NCBI GenBank assembly: GCA_045863395.1
Contig: BTVJ01000039.1
Location: 1-64,000 of the forward strand
DNA length: 64,000 bases
Reading direction: 5' to 3'
Source of the DNA: Myxococcales bacterium
GTDB taxonomy: Bacteria; Myxococcota_A; UBA9042; JABWCM01; BTVJ01
Below, in pieces: positions 1 to 8,629 of the stretch (position 1 is its first letter; the number at the start of each line of letters is the position of its first letter). The notes beneath the pieces are model-generated. The model worked only from the letters and a program-made list of their open reading frames with translations, was not told where the DNA came from and searched no databases. The position numbers were made by a program, and so were the translations under genes.

Positions 1-3000
1 CGGCGCACTGCTGGTCCCAGCCGTTGGTGCAGCACCAGGGGTCCTGGCCGCAGACGGTGTCGCAGCAGAGCGCGGTCTGGCCGGCCTGGAGGCAGGGGTT
101 GGGCGCGCCACACCACGAGGCGGCCTCGTCGGCGCACTGCTGATCCCAGCCGTTGGTGCAGCACCAGGGGTCCTGGGCACAGACGGTGTCGCAGCAGGCG
201 GCGGGCTGGCCGGCGTCGAGGCAGGGGTTGGACGCCACGCCGCACATGGTCTCTTCCTCGCCCTGGCAGATGGAGTCCCAAGCGGTCTCGCAGCAGAAGG
301 GGTCCACGGCGCAGACCGTGTCGCAGCACGCCGCGCTCACGCCGGCGTTGATGCACGGGTTGGGCAGGCCGCACCAGGCGGCGGCCTCGTCGGCGCACTG
401 CTGGTCCCAGCCGTTGGTGCAGCACCAGGGGTCCTGGCCGCAGACCGTGTCGCAGCAGGCGGCGGGCTGGCCAGCGTTGATGCACGGGTTGGGGGCGCCG
501 CACCAGGCAGCGGCCTCGTCGGCGCACTGCTGGTCCCAGCCGGTCTCGCAGCACCAGGGGTCTTGCCCGCAGACGATGTTGCAGCAGCCTGCCGGCTGGC
601 CCGCGTCCAGGCACGGGTTGCCGCCGCCGCACAGCTCAGCGGCCTCGTCCATGCACTGCTGGTCCCAGCCGGTCGTGCAGCACCAGGCATCGACGGCGCA
701 GACCGTGTCGCAACAAGCAGCCGTCTGGCCGGCATCCAGGCACGGGTTGCCACCGCCGCACATTTCGGCTGCCTCGTTGGCGCAGATCTGGTCCCACCCG
801 TTGGTGCAGCACCACGGATCGACCGCGCAGACCGTGTCGCAGCAGGCGGCGGTCTGGCCGACGCTCAGGCAGGGGTTGTCGCCGCCACCGCAGAGCTCCG
901 CTACCTCGTTCATGCACTGCTGGTCCCAGCCGGTCGAGCAGCACCAGGGGTCGATGGCGCAGACCGTGTCGCAGCAGGCCTCGGTCTGACCGGCCTGGGC
1001 GCAGGGGCTCGTCGGCGCGCAGGTGCCGCAGCCGAGGCTCGTCACCTCGGACACGCAGAGCCCGTCCCAGGCGGTCTCGCAGCAGTACGAATCGGTCGCG
1101 CACACGCAAGCCTGGACCGCAGCATCGCCGCAGCCGGGGGCGCTGCTCGCCGTGCAGCACGAGCCCTGCGCCGAGCCGCAAGCCACGCTCAGCGTGAAGG
1201 ACCCGATGGCTCCGTCGTAGCCGTCGACGACGAGGAAGTAGGTCTTGCCGGCCTCCGCCTGGAAGGTCGCGCTGCTGTACCCGAAGGCGACGCAGGCGCC
1301 TGGGTCACAGCCCGCGCCACCACCGATGACGAGGATGTCCGTCTCCGCCGTCTCGTTGGTGAGCTTCGCGGTCACCGACCCCGTCTCCGTCGCGACGAAC
1401 GTGTACACCAGCTCCGCCCCGGCGTACCCGTCCGGGCTGCAGGCGTAGGCGTTGACAAGGTTGTTGGGCGCCGTCGCGAGGTCGCCGCTCACCGACCCGC
1501 CACAGGCGATGGTCGCATCACTCTTGCAGGACGCGGTGCACTCGCCGGTCCCCTTGCAGACACCTGCCACGCACGTGTCGCCGGTGGTGCAGGCGTTGCC
1601 GTCGTCACACGCGAGCTGGTCCAGGTTCGTGTACGAGCAGGCGCCCGTGGCGGGGTTGCAGGCGTCCGTGGTGCAGGGGTTGTGGTCGTCGCAGGTGCCC
1701 GCCGTGCCCTTGCAGACTCCCGCCGTGCACACGTCTCCCACCGTGCAGGCGTTGTCGTCACTGCAGGCCGTCCCCTCTCCGACCGGCTGCATGACGCAGG
1801 CGCCGGTCGCCGGGACGCAGGTGTTCTTGGAGCAGGCGGTGTCTCCGGCCGTGTTGCAGCTCACCACGGTGCCTGGCTGGGTCTTGCAGGTGTTCGATGC
1901 CAGGTCGCAGTAGGGCTTGCCGTTGCAGGCGTTGCCGTCGTCTGCACAGTCGCTGTCTGCATCGCAGGCGCAGATGTTCGCGCCGCCCACGCACTGTCCA
2001 CCGCTGCAGGAGTCGCCCTGGGTGCAGGCGTCGCCGTCGTCGCAGGCTCCGCTCGCGTTGGCGTAGGCGCAGCCGGTGGCGGGCACGCAGGAGTCCGTCG
2101 TGCAGGGGTTTCCGTCGTCGCAGGTGAGGGCAGCGCCGGTGCACTTGCCGTTCAGACACGCGTCCTGGGTCGTGCAGGCGTTGGCGTCGTCGCAGGCACC
2201 GCTCGCCGGAGTATACGCGCAGCCGGTCGCCGGGTTGCACGAGTCCGTCGTGCAGGGATTGTTGTCGTTGCACTGGATGGCCGTGCCGGCGCAGACGCCG
2301 TTCGTGCACACGTCCTGCGTCGTGCAGGCGTTGCCGTCGCTGCAGCTCGCGCCGCTCGCAGGGGCGTGCTTGCAGCCGCTCTGCGGGTCGCAGGAGTCGG
2401 TGGTGCAGGGGTCGCCGTCGTCGCAGGACGTCGCCGACCCGCCGCAGACCCCACCAGCGCAGGTGTCACCGCTCGTGCAGGAATCGCCGTCGTCGCAGGT
2501 CGCCGTGTTGTTGGTGTACGCGCAGCCGGTGCCCGCCACGCAGGCGTCGTCGGTGCAGGGATTGCCGTCGTTGCAGACGACCGCCGACCCGGTGCACGCC
2601 CCGGCGGCGCAAGCGTCGTCCGACGTGCACGGGTTGCCGTCGTCGCAGGCCGCCGTGTTGTTGGTGTAGGTGCAGCCCGCCGCCGCGTCGCACGTGTCGT
2701 CGGTGCAGGGGTTGCCGTCGGTGCAGGTCTTGGCCGTGCCGCCCACGCACGCGCCGCCCGAGCAGGCATCGCCCTCCGTGCAGGCGTCGCCGTCGTCGCA
2801 GCTCGCGGTGTTGTCGGTGTAGGTGCACCCAGCCACGGCATCGCACGCGTCGTCGGTGCAGGGGTCGCCGTCGTCGCACGCCGCGCCGGGCGTCCCCATG
2901 CACTCGCCGCCCGAGCACGCGTCACCCGTCGTGCAGGCGTCGCCGTCGTTGCAGCTCCCCTCGACGTTGGTGTACACGCAGCCCGTCGCCGGAGCGCAGC

Positions 3001-3412
3001 CGTCCTCCGTGCACACGTTGTCGTCTTCGCAGCTCTTCGCGATGGCCTGCGAAGCGTCGCACGCCCCGTCGAGGCAGGCCGTGTTCTCCGTGCAGAGGTC
3101 GCCGTCCTCGCACGGGGTGCCGTTCTTGGCGTTGCCCTTCTCGCAGGTCCACGTGGCCGTGTTGCAGACGGCGATCTCGCAGGGCCCGAGGCCCGTGAGC
3201 ACGGTGTCGCAGTCGGCGTTCGTCACGCACTCCTTGGCGCCTGCGTCCACGCCGCCGACGTCCACCCCCGCCTGGCCGTCCGTCGAGCTCGTGTCCGTCC
3301 CGGTGCCGCTGTCGGCGTCGCTGCCACCACCGGCGTCGGGTACGGCCTCGGGACAAGCCGTCAAGCACAGCGCGAGGCCGCACGTCACGACCGAAATCCA
3401 TCTGAACTTCAT
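1..3412 (-). CDS. Large Cys-rich repeat lipoprotein (Dictyostelium-type CDDGNPCTxDxC repeats, PPC-like beta domain, C-terminal ~43-aa 6-Cys repeats); 3' end runs off the window
   Basis: Not in the ORF track because there is no stop in the window. Minus strand reads ATG(3412) MKFRWISVVTCGLALCLTAC (lipobox) after GGAGG. Then many CDDGxxCTxD repeats, a YTFVA..KTYFLVVDGY segment, and CCDTVCxxDPWCCTNGWDQQC repeats. Confidence 0.9.
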   Translation of the reverse strand, partial: MKFRWISVVTCGLALCLTACPEAVPDAGGGSDADSGTGTDTSSTDGQAGVDVGGVDAGAKECVTNADCDTVLTGLGPCEIAVCNTATWTCEKGNAKNGTPCEDGDLCTENTACLDGACDASQAIAKSCEDDNVCTEDGCAPATGCVYTNVEGSCNDGDACTTGDACSGGECMGTPGAACDDGDPCTDDACDAVAGCTYTDNTASCDDGDACTEGDACSGGACVGGTAKTCTDGNPCTDDTCDAAAGCTYTNNTAACDDGNPCTSDDACAAGACTGSAVVCNDGNPCTDDACVAGTGCAYTNNTATCDDGDSCTSGDTCAGGVCGGSATSCDDGDPCTTDSCDPQSGCKHAPASGASCSDGNACTTQDVCTNGVCAGTAIQCNDNNPCTTDSCNPATGCAYTPASGACDDANACTTQDACLNGKCTGAALTCDDGNPCTTDSCVPATGCAYANASGACDDGDACTQGDSCSGGQCVGGANICACDADSDCADDGNACNGKPYCDLASNTCKTQPGTVVSCNTAGDTACSKNTCVPATGACVMQPVGEGTACSDDNACTVGDVCTAGVCKGTAGTCDDHNPCTTDACNPATGACSYTNLDQLACDDGNACTTGDTCVAGVCKGTGECTASCKSDATIACGGSVSGDLATAPNNLVNAYACSPDGYAGAELVYTFVATETGSVTAKLTNETAETDILVIGGGAGCDPGACVAFGYSSATFQAEAGKTYFLVVDGYDGAIGSFTLSVACGSAQGSCCTASSAPGCGDAAVQACVCATDSYCCETAWDGLCVSEVTSLGCGTCAPTSPCAQAGQTEACCDTVCAIDPWCCSTGWDQQCMNEVAELCGGGDNPCLSVGQTAACCDTVCAVDPWCCTNGWDQICANEAAEMCGGGNPCLDAGQTAACCDTVCAVDAWCCTTGWDQQCMDEAAELCGGGNPCLDAGQPAGCCNIVCGQDPWCCETGWDQQCADEAAAWCGAPNPCINAGQPAACCDTVCGQDPWCCTNGWDQQCADEAAAWCGLPNPCINAGVSAACCDTVCAVDPFCCETAWDSICQGEEETMCGVASNPCLDAGQPAACCDTVCAQDPWCCTNGWDQQCADEAASWCGAPNPCLQAGQTALCCDTVCGQDPWCCTNGWDQQCA
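2..1100 (-). repeat. Coding tandem repeat, ~129-132 bp unit (NPCxxxGQPAACCDTVCxxDPWCCTNGWDQQCADEAAAWCG), about 8 copies visible
   Basis: cactgctg(g/a)tcccagccg(t/g)t...gcagcaccagg recurs near 6, 136, 397, 526, 655 and 916, with diverged copies between. Confidence 0.85.
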
Positions 3413-3673
3413 CTCGGAGCTCCTCCGGGAGGGCGGTGCCCTCTCCGCACTGTTCGGGGCAGCCTCTCCGCAAGAAGCGGGCGATCAGACGACCGGCGGG
3501 CATGCCATGCTTGGCGGACTAATGCCGCGCAACGTCACCGGTGTCAACCCGGCGAGGCGTGGGCCATGGGCCAGGGCTGACCCCTGTCGCTGAGAGCGGC
3601 TTGTGGAACCATGGTGATATCAAGGGGTTGTCTGGATCTGCGTCCCCGCGGCCGGGTGGCTCGCGGGCGTCGA

Positions 3674-3991
3674 CTAGCCGGTGCCGCACCCGCAGGGGAC
3701 GGACCCACAGTAGGGACAGCCGGCCCCGTACCGCTTCAGCGCGACCGCCTGGAGGTCCACGCCTTGCAGCGACGCGAGCGTCGACAGCCATGCCAGGACG
3801 TCGGCGAACTCCTCCTCCAGGTTGGCCCGGTCGTTCTGGCGCCGGATCGCGCGGGTCAGCTCGCCGACCTCCTCCGCGAACCACATGAAGGTCCGGTCGA
3901 GGCCCCGTGAGGCGTCCTTTGCATAGTAGATGCGCTCGATGAGCGCCTGGAACTCGCCGAGTCCGATCTGGCTGCCGTCCGTGGTGTTCAT
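3674..3991 (-). CDS. MazG-like nucleotide pyrophosphohydrolase with C-terminal CxxC-x4-CxC tail
   Basis: EEVGEL...LEEEFADVLAWL motif; GGAGGA RBS before ATG at 3991. Confidence 0.88.
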   Translation of the reverse strand: MNTTDGSQIGLGEFQALIERIYYAKDASRGLDRTFMWFAEEVGELTRAIRRQNDRANLEEEFADVLAWLSTLASLQGVDLQAVALKRYGAGCPYCGSVPCGCGTG

Positions 3992-4156
3992 GAGCGCTCC
4001 TCCTGCCGCCGCAGGGTAGCAACCGCCCGCGTTGCGCACCAGGGGGGCGTCGCCCTTCCCGAAAACCCATGGATCTGTGCGTCGATCTTGGCGGTTGACC
4101 CCCTCTCCGCGCAAGGGCTATCCTCCCCGGTCGGCAGTGCAGCCAGGAGCGTCGAG

Positions 4157-5215
4157 ATGAAGCAGGGACGGATCACTCTTGCCGCGGGCGCGCTCACGGC
4201 GCTCACGGCGTTCGCGGGCTGCAAGGGGACCCTCTACACCGCCACGGGCGACATGATGGGGTCGTTCGCCGTCGAGCACGTCATGCCCTTCGTCATGGCG
4301 TCGGACGACGTGGGCATGGCGTGCGAGACCGGCGTGTCCATGGGCAACTTCCTCGAGGCGTTCGGGCGCGTGACCGACCCGGCCTACAAGGCGGGGCTGG
4401 TCACGCTGCTCCCCGCCGGCATGTGCGCCGAGGGGGACGCCTGGGAGCAGGACCTCCGCCAGCTCCGGGCCGTGCGGGGTGGCTACGCCGACGAGGCGGT
4501 CGACGCGCGCATGGCGGAGAAGCGCGCCCACGCGGTCGCCGCAAAACGCTTCCATGCGGCGTGGCAGCGGCTGGAGCTCGCCTACGGGGAGGCGGGCGGC
4601 TCCTGTCCGGAGCTGGAGCCCGAGGATGAGCCGTTCTATCTGCTGGGTCTGTCTGCGGGCCTGCTCGCCGTCGTGCATGACCGGGGAGCCGGCGGCGAGG
4701 CGGGCGTGCCGCTGAGCATCCCTCCCGCGGTGGCGCGCGCCACGGAGTGCCTGGACTCGGATCGCTGGTGGGGGGCGCCGAGCGCTCTGAAGGCGACCCT
4801 GTGGAGCTCGGTCCCCGGCCTCGCCCCCCCGGGCGCGGATCCCTGGGCCATGCTCGCCGAGGGCTCGCGCAAGGGCAGCGAGGCCGGTGTACGCCTGGCC
4901 AGCGCCATGCGCGTGCTGGCGGAGGTGGCCGCCGGACGCGAGGACGGCGTGCGCAGGGCCATCGAGGAGCACGCCGCGTCCGTCTCCGAGCACCCCTCGG
5001 ACCCTGCCTGGCGCCTGATGGACCTGTACTCGGGTCTGATCATCCTGCACGAGTCCGACCGCATCTGGACCCGCGAGGCGGGACACCGCACCCCGCCCGG
5101 CGCGCTGGGGACCTTCCCCGAGCCCCCGGCGCCCCCTGGCGCTGACGACCTGTTCGACGACCTGGAGCCCTCCGGCGACGCCGACGGCCCCACCCCTCCG
5201 GAGGAGTCCCCATGA
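4157..5215 (+). CDS. Lipoprotein, probable TRAP-transporter T component (TatT-like)
   Basis: Lipobox FAGC; predicted all-helical; overlaps (ATGA) the solute-binding gene and precedes a TRAP permease. Confidence 0.65.
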   Translation: MKQGRITLAAGALTALTAFAGCKGTLYTATGDMMGSFAVEHVMPFVMASDDVGMACETGVSMGNFLEAFGRVTDPAYKAGLVTLLPAGMCAEGDAWEQDLRQLRAVRGGYADEAVDARMAEKRAHAVAAKRFHAAWQRLELAYGEAGGSCPELEPEDEPFYLLGLSAGLLAVVHDRGAGGEAGVPLSIPPAVARATECLDSDRWWGAPSALKATLWSSVPGLAPPGADPWAMLAEGSRKGSEAGVRLASAMRVLAEVAAGREDGVRRAIEEHAASVSEHPSDPAWRLMDLYSGLIILHESDRIWTREAGHRTPPGALGTFPEPPAPPGADDLFDDLEPSGDADGPTPPEESP

Positions 5216-6216
5216 ACCTGAAGCGTTCCCTGATCCTGTGCGCCGCGCTCGCCCTGGCGGGGTCGAGCGCGTCCGCCGCCGAGCAGCGGACCCTGTGCGT
5301 CTTCGACCCGAGCGGCGCCAACGGCGACGCCTTCAACTTTTCGAAGGACTACCAGTCCGCGGCGGTCGCCTGGGGGGTCGAGCTCCAGCTCAAGCCGTAC
5401 ACGGACGAGAAGACCGCCGTCGAGGACTTCAAGGCGGGCAAGTGTGACGGCGCCCTGCTCACGGGGCTCCGCTCCCGCGCGTTCAGCCCGTTCGCCGGCA
5501 CCATCGAGGCCATGGGGGCCGTTCAGTCCTATGGGCAGCTCAAGCGGGTCATCGACGGCCTCGCCAACCCCAAGTCCGCCAAGATGGTCACCCGCGGCGA
5601 GTACGAGGTGGCGGGCATCTTCCCGGCGGGCACCGTCTTCCTCTTCGTGCGCGACAAGGCCCTGGACGCCGTCTCCAAGCTCGCGGGCAAGCGGGTCGCG
5701 ACCATCGACTTCGACCCGGCGGCCAAGGTCCTGGTAGACAAGGTGGGCGCGTCCATGGTCGCCGCCGACGTCGGCACCTTCTCGGGCATGTTCAACAACG
5801 GCAGCGTCGACGCCTGCTACGCTCCTGCGACCGCCTACCAGCCGCTGGAGCTGGGCAAGGGCCTCGGTGCGAAGGGCGGCATCGTCAAGTTCCCGCTGGG
5901 GCAGCTCACCCTGCAGGTCCTGATCCGCACTGCCCGCTTCCCCGCGGAGTTCGGGGTCAACAGCCGCAAGTACGCGTCCAAGGCGTTCGGGGCCTCGCTG
6001 AAGGTGGTCGAGAAGGCCGAGAAGGCGGTCCCGGCCAAGTACTGGATGGACGTCACCGCCGAGCAGCGCCAGAGCTTCGACGACCTGCTCCGGGAGGTGC
6101 GCATCCGGCTCCGCGACAAGGAGAAGGTCTACGACAAGGCCATGCTCGGCCTGCTGCGGCGGGTCCGGTGCAAGGACGACGGCAACCGCGCGGAGTGCGC
6201 GGAGCAGAAGGAGTAG
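5212..6216 (+). CDS. TRAP/DctP-like periplasmic solute-binding protein (AdeT/DUF6091-like)
   Basis: Signal peptide ending SASA; LCVFDPSGANGD, YTDEKTAVEDFKAGKCD, LAGKRVA, FNNGSVDACYAP motifs recalled from AdeT-type proteins. Confidence 0.8.
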   Translation: MNLKRSLILCAALALAGSSASAAEQRTLCVFDPSGANGDAFNFSKDYQSAAVAWGVELQLKPYTDEKTAVEDFKAGKCDGALLTGLRSRAFSPFAGTIEAMGAVQSYGQLKRVIDGLANPKSAKMVTRGEYEVAGIFPAGTVFLFVRDKALDAVSKLAGKRVATIDFDPAAKVLVDKVGASMVAADVGTFSGMFNNGSVDACYAPATAYQPLELGKGLGAKGGIVKFPLGQLTLQVLIRTARFPAEFGVNSRKYASKAFGASLKVVEKAEKAVPAKYWMDVTAEQRQSFDDLLREVRIRLRDKEKVYDKAMLGLLRRVRCKDDGNRAECAEQKE

Positions 6217-6243
6217 ACCCCTCTCCACCGTGAGGACGCCCGC

Positions 6244-8526
6244 ATGAGGCAGGTCCGCCGCTGGCTCTCCACCCTGCCCGTGCTCGCGCTGCTCGTCGTG
6301 GCGGTCGCGCACGGCACCGGCGAGAAGCTCCACGCCCAGCTCCTGAAGATCGGCGAGGCCAACTGGCCCGGGTACGCGACGTTGCGGGCGGACCCGGTGG
6401 CGCCCGACTGCGATCCGAGCCAGTTCGAGGCGGGGGCCGTCGTGCCGGTCGTGCCCAAGACCGAGGAGGACGAGCTGCTCGACGACCTCCTGGACGAGCC
6501 AGCGGAGGGGGAGGACGAGGCGACGGAGGAGCACGAGGGCGATGCGGGGGCCGCGCCCGGACCCGCGGGCGCCGCTACCCCCCAGCCGACGGATGAGGCT
6601 CCAGCCGCAGGCGAGCCGGACGCCGCGGGCTCCGGCGAGGCCGTCGACCCGGGCGACGACGGGGCCGCAGAGGCTGTGGAGGCCGTGGAGGCCGACGAGG
6701 GCGCAGGGGGCGAGCCCGACGCTGCCGGCGAGGACGACGGGGCCGACCTCCTGGACGAGCTGGCGGGGACGGACGGGGACGCGGGCCAGCCCAGCGCGGC
6801 CGCCATGAGCGCGGCCCGGGAGGCGTGTCAGCGCCGCCATGACGAGCACGCGGCGGCAAAGGAGCGCCTGACGCCCTCGGTGGTGCGCTTCCGGTCCTTC
6901 GAGAAGGGGGTCGCCTCCGCGGTCCAGTATGCCGTCGAGCACATGCGACACCTGCTCACCCTGCTCCTGCTGATCAGCGCGATCACGGCGACGGCCCTGC
7001 GGGGTCACATCGCGCTCCGGCCGCCGAAGTCAGCCCTCGACCATCGGGTGTCGTCGTTGGGCCAGCTCGGCGCCAACGCGCTGCTCGTGCTCTCGGCGTG
7101 GTCCTACTGGCGCATCCAGGAGGCCGCGGGCATCGCCCAGCAGGACCCGATGCTCCCCATCCTCTGGCTGGCCGGCTTCGGGGCGCTGCTGTTGGTCAAC
7201 CTCGTGCTGCTGGTGCGCACCCCGCCGGGCGCGACCCCGGGCGGCACCATCGGGCACGCGCTGCTCTCGGTGCCGCTCTACGCCAGCATGGGCCTCATCG
7301 CGGGACTGTACTTCTTGATCGCCGAGGGCCACCCCTCGGGGCTCTCCATCTACCTGACCAAGCTCACGGAGCACGCCTCGCTCTACATCTTCGTCGGCCT
7401 GTACGTGTGGGTGGGGATGCTGCTCAAGGGGACGCGCCTCGCCCGCCTCGCCTTCGATCTGGTCCGGCCGTGGCGGCTGCCGGCCGAGCTCCTCGCGGTG
7501 CTGGTCGTCGTCGCGGCGGCCGTCCCGACCGCCTACAGCGGCGCGTCGGGCATCTTCGTCATGGCGACCGCCGCGATCATCTTCGAGGAGCTGATCCGGG
7601 CCGGCGCCCGCAAGAAGCTCGCCGTCGCGGCCACGGCCATGTCGGGCGGCTTCGGCGTCGTGCTCAACCCCTGCCTGCTCGTGGTCATCGTCGCCTCCCT
7701 CAACAAGGAGGTCACCACCGATCAGATCTATGGCGCCGGCGGCAAGATCTTCCTGGCTACCGCAGCGGTGCTGCTCGTCGCCGCGGTCATCGCCTCGCGG
7801 CGGAGCCTCCGGCTGCCCCCGGTGGGGGAGGCCACGCGCGAGACCGGCCGTGGCCTGCTGCGCCTGCTCCCCTACGCCGTGATCATCGCGGTCGTGCTCG
7901 GCGCCTACAAGCTGGGCCTCCAGACCGGCGTCGACGAGCACTCGGCGCCGACGGTCCTCCCGGTCCTGCTGCTGGCCCTGCTGGTCTATGATCGCCTCTC
8001 CGCCCGGCGCTCCGCCCCCGCTGAGCCCGGCTTCGGGACCACCGTCGTCGACGCCTCGTCGGAGACGAGCGGACACATCGGCGCCTTGCTCATGCTCATG
8101 GGTCTGTCCGTGTGCCTGGGCGGCGTCGTGGAGCGGGCCGAGGTCATGGCGCTGCTCCCGCAGAGCTTCGCGTCGCCCGTGCTCGCCATGGTCCTGCTCG
8201 TGGTGCTGCTCGTGATCATCGGCATGACCATGGACCCCTATGGGGCCGTGATCCTCGTGTCGGCCTCCATCGGGCGGCTCGCCTACGACAGCGGCATCGA
8301 CCCGCTCCACTTCTGGCTCACGGTGCTGGTCGCCTTCGAGCTCGGCTACCTGACCCCGCCCGTCGCGCTCAACCACCTGCTCGTGCGGCAGGTCGTGGAC
8401 CTGGACGCGGTCCCCGACGGCCCCAGGGCGCGCAGCTTCTGGCTCCGGCACGAGGCGACGCTGCTCCCGGTGACCATCATGGGTACGCGGCTCCTGCTGG
8501 TCGCGTTCGTGCCGCTGTTCTGGTGA
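6244..8526 (+). CDS. TRAP transporter fused permease (DctQ/M-like) with long acidic periplasmic insert
   Basis: Many TM segments; C-terminal GMTMDPYGAVILV...GIDPLHFW...ELGYLTPPVALN DctM signature. Confidence 0.88.
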   Translation: MRQVRRWLSTLPVLALLVVAVAHGTGEKLHAQLLKIGEANWPGYATLRADPVAPDCDPSQFEAGAVVPVVPKTEEDELLDDLLDEPAEGEDEATEEHEGDAGAAPGPAGAATPQPTDEAPAAGEPDAAGSGEAVDPGDDGAAEAVEAVEADEGAGGEPDAAGEDDGADLLDELAGTDGDAGQPSAAAMSAAREACQRRHDEHAAAKERLTPSVVRFRSFEKGVASAVQYAVEHMRHLLTLLLLISAITATALRGHIALRPPKSALDHRVSSLGQLGANALLVLSAWSYWRIQEAAGIAQQDPMLPILWLAGFGALLLVNLVLLVRTPPGATPGGTIGHALLSVPLYASMGLIAGLYFLIAEGHPSGLSIYLTKLTEHASLYIFVGLYVWVGMLLKGTRLARLAFDLVRPWRLPAELLAVLVVVAAAVPTAYSGASGIFVMATAAIIFEELIRAGARKKLAVAATAMSGGFGVVLNPCLLVVIVASLNKEVTTDQIYGAGGKIFLATAAVLLVAAVIASRRSLRLPPVGEATRETGRGLLRLLPYAVIIAVVLGAYKLGLQTGVDEHSAPTVLPVLLLALLVYDRLSARRSAPAEPGFGTTVVDASSETSGHIGALLMLMGLSVCLGGVVERAEVMALLPQSFASPVLAMVLLVVLLVIIGMTMDPYGAVILVSASIGRLAYDSGIDPLHFWLTVLVAFELGYLTPPVALNHLLVRQVVDLDAVPDGPRARSFWLRHEATLLPVTIMGTRLLLVAFVPLFW

Positions 8527-8629
8527 GCCCTCCCGGGTCGTAACGCCCACTCCGACTTTCGTCTGGCCAGCCCTCATGACAGGGCGTAGAGTCGCCCGAG
8601 CGGCAGAACAACAGCCGGAGGGCGCAGGC

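Noticed and set aside
1..1100. Regularly spaced repeats resembling a CRISPR array
   Set aside because: Units are in-frame coding repeats with codon-position variation, no unique spacers and no cas genes.
153..3593. Long plus-strand ORFs (e.g. 563-3580, 153-989)
   Set aside because: Antisense shadows of the minus-strand Cys-rich lipoprotein; no motifs. High GC suppresses stops. The same applies to most long Arg/Ala/Gly-rich ORFs in the track, such as 22934-26791 and 39854-42655.
3572..3632. Short palindrome (cagggctgacccctg) and AT-richer gtgatatcaag motif upstream of the first gene
   Set aside because: Too short to assign as a REP, dif-like site or operator without genome-wide counts.
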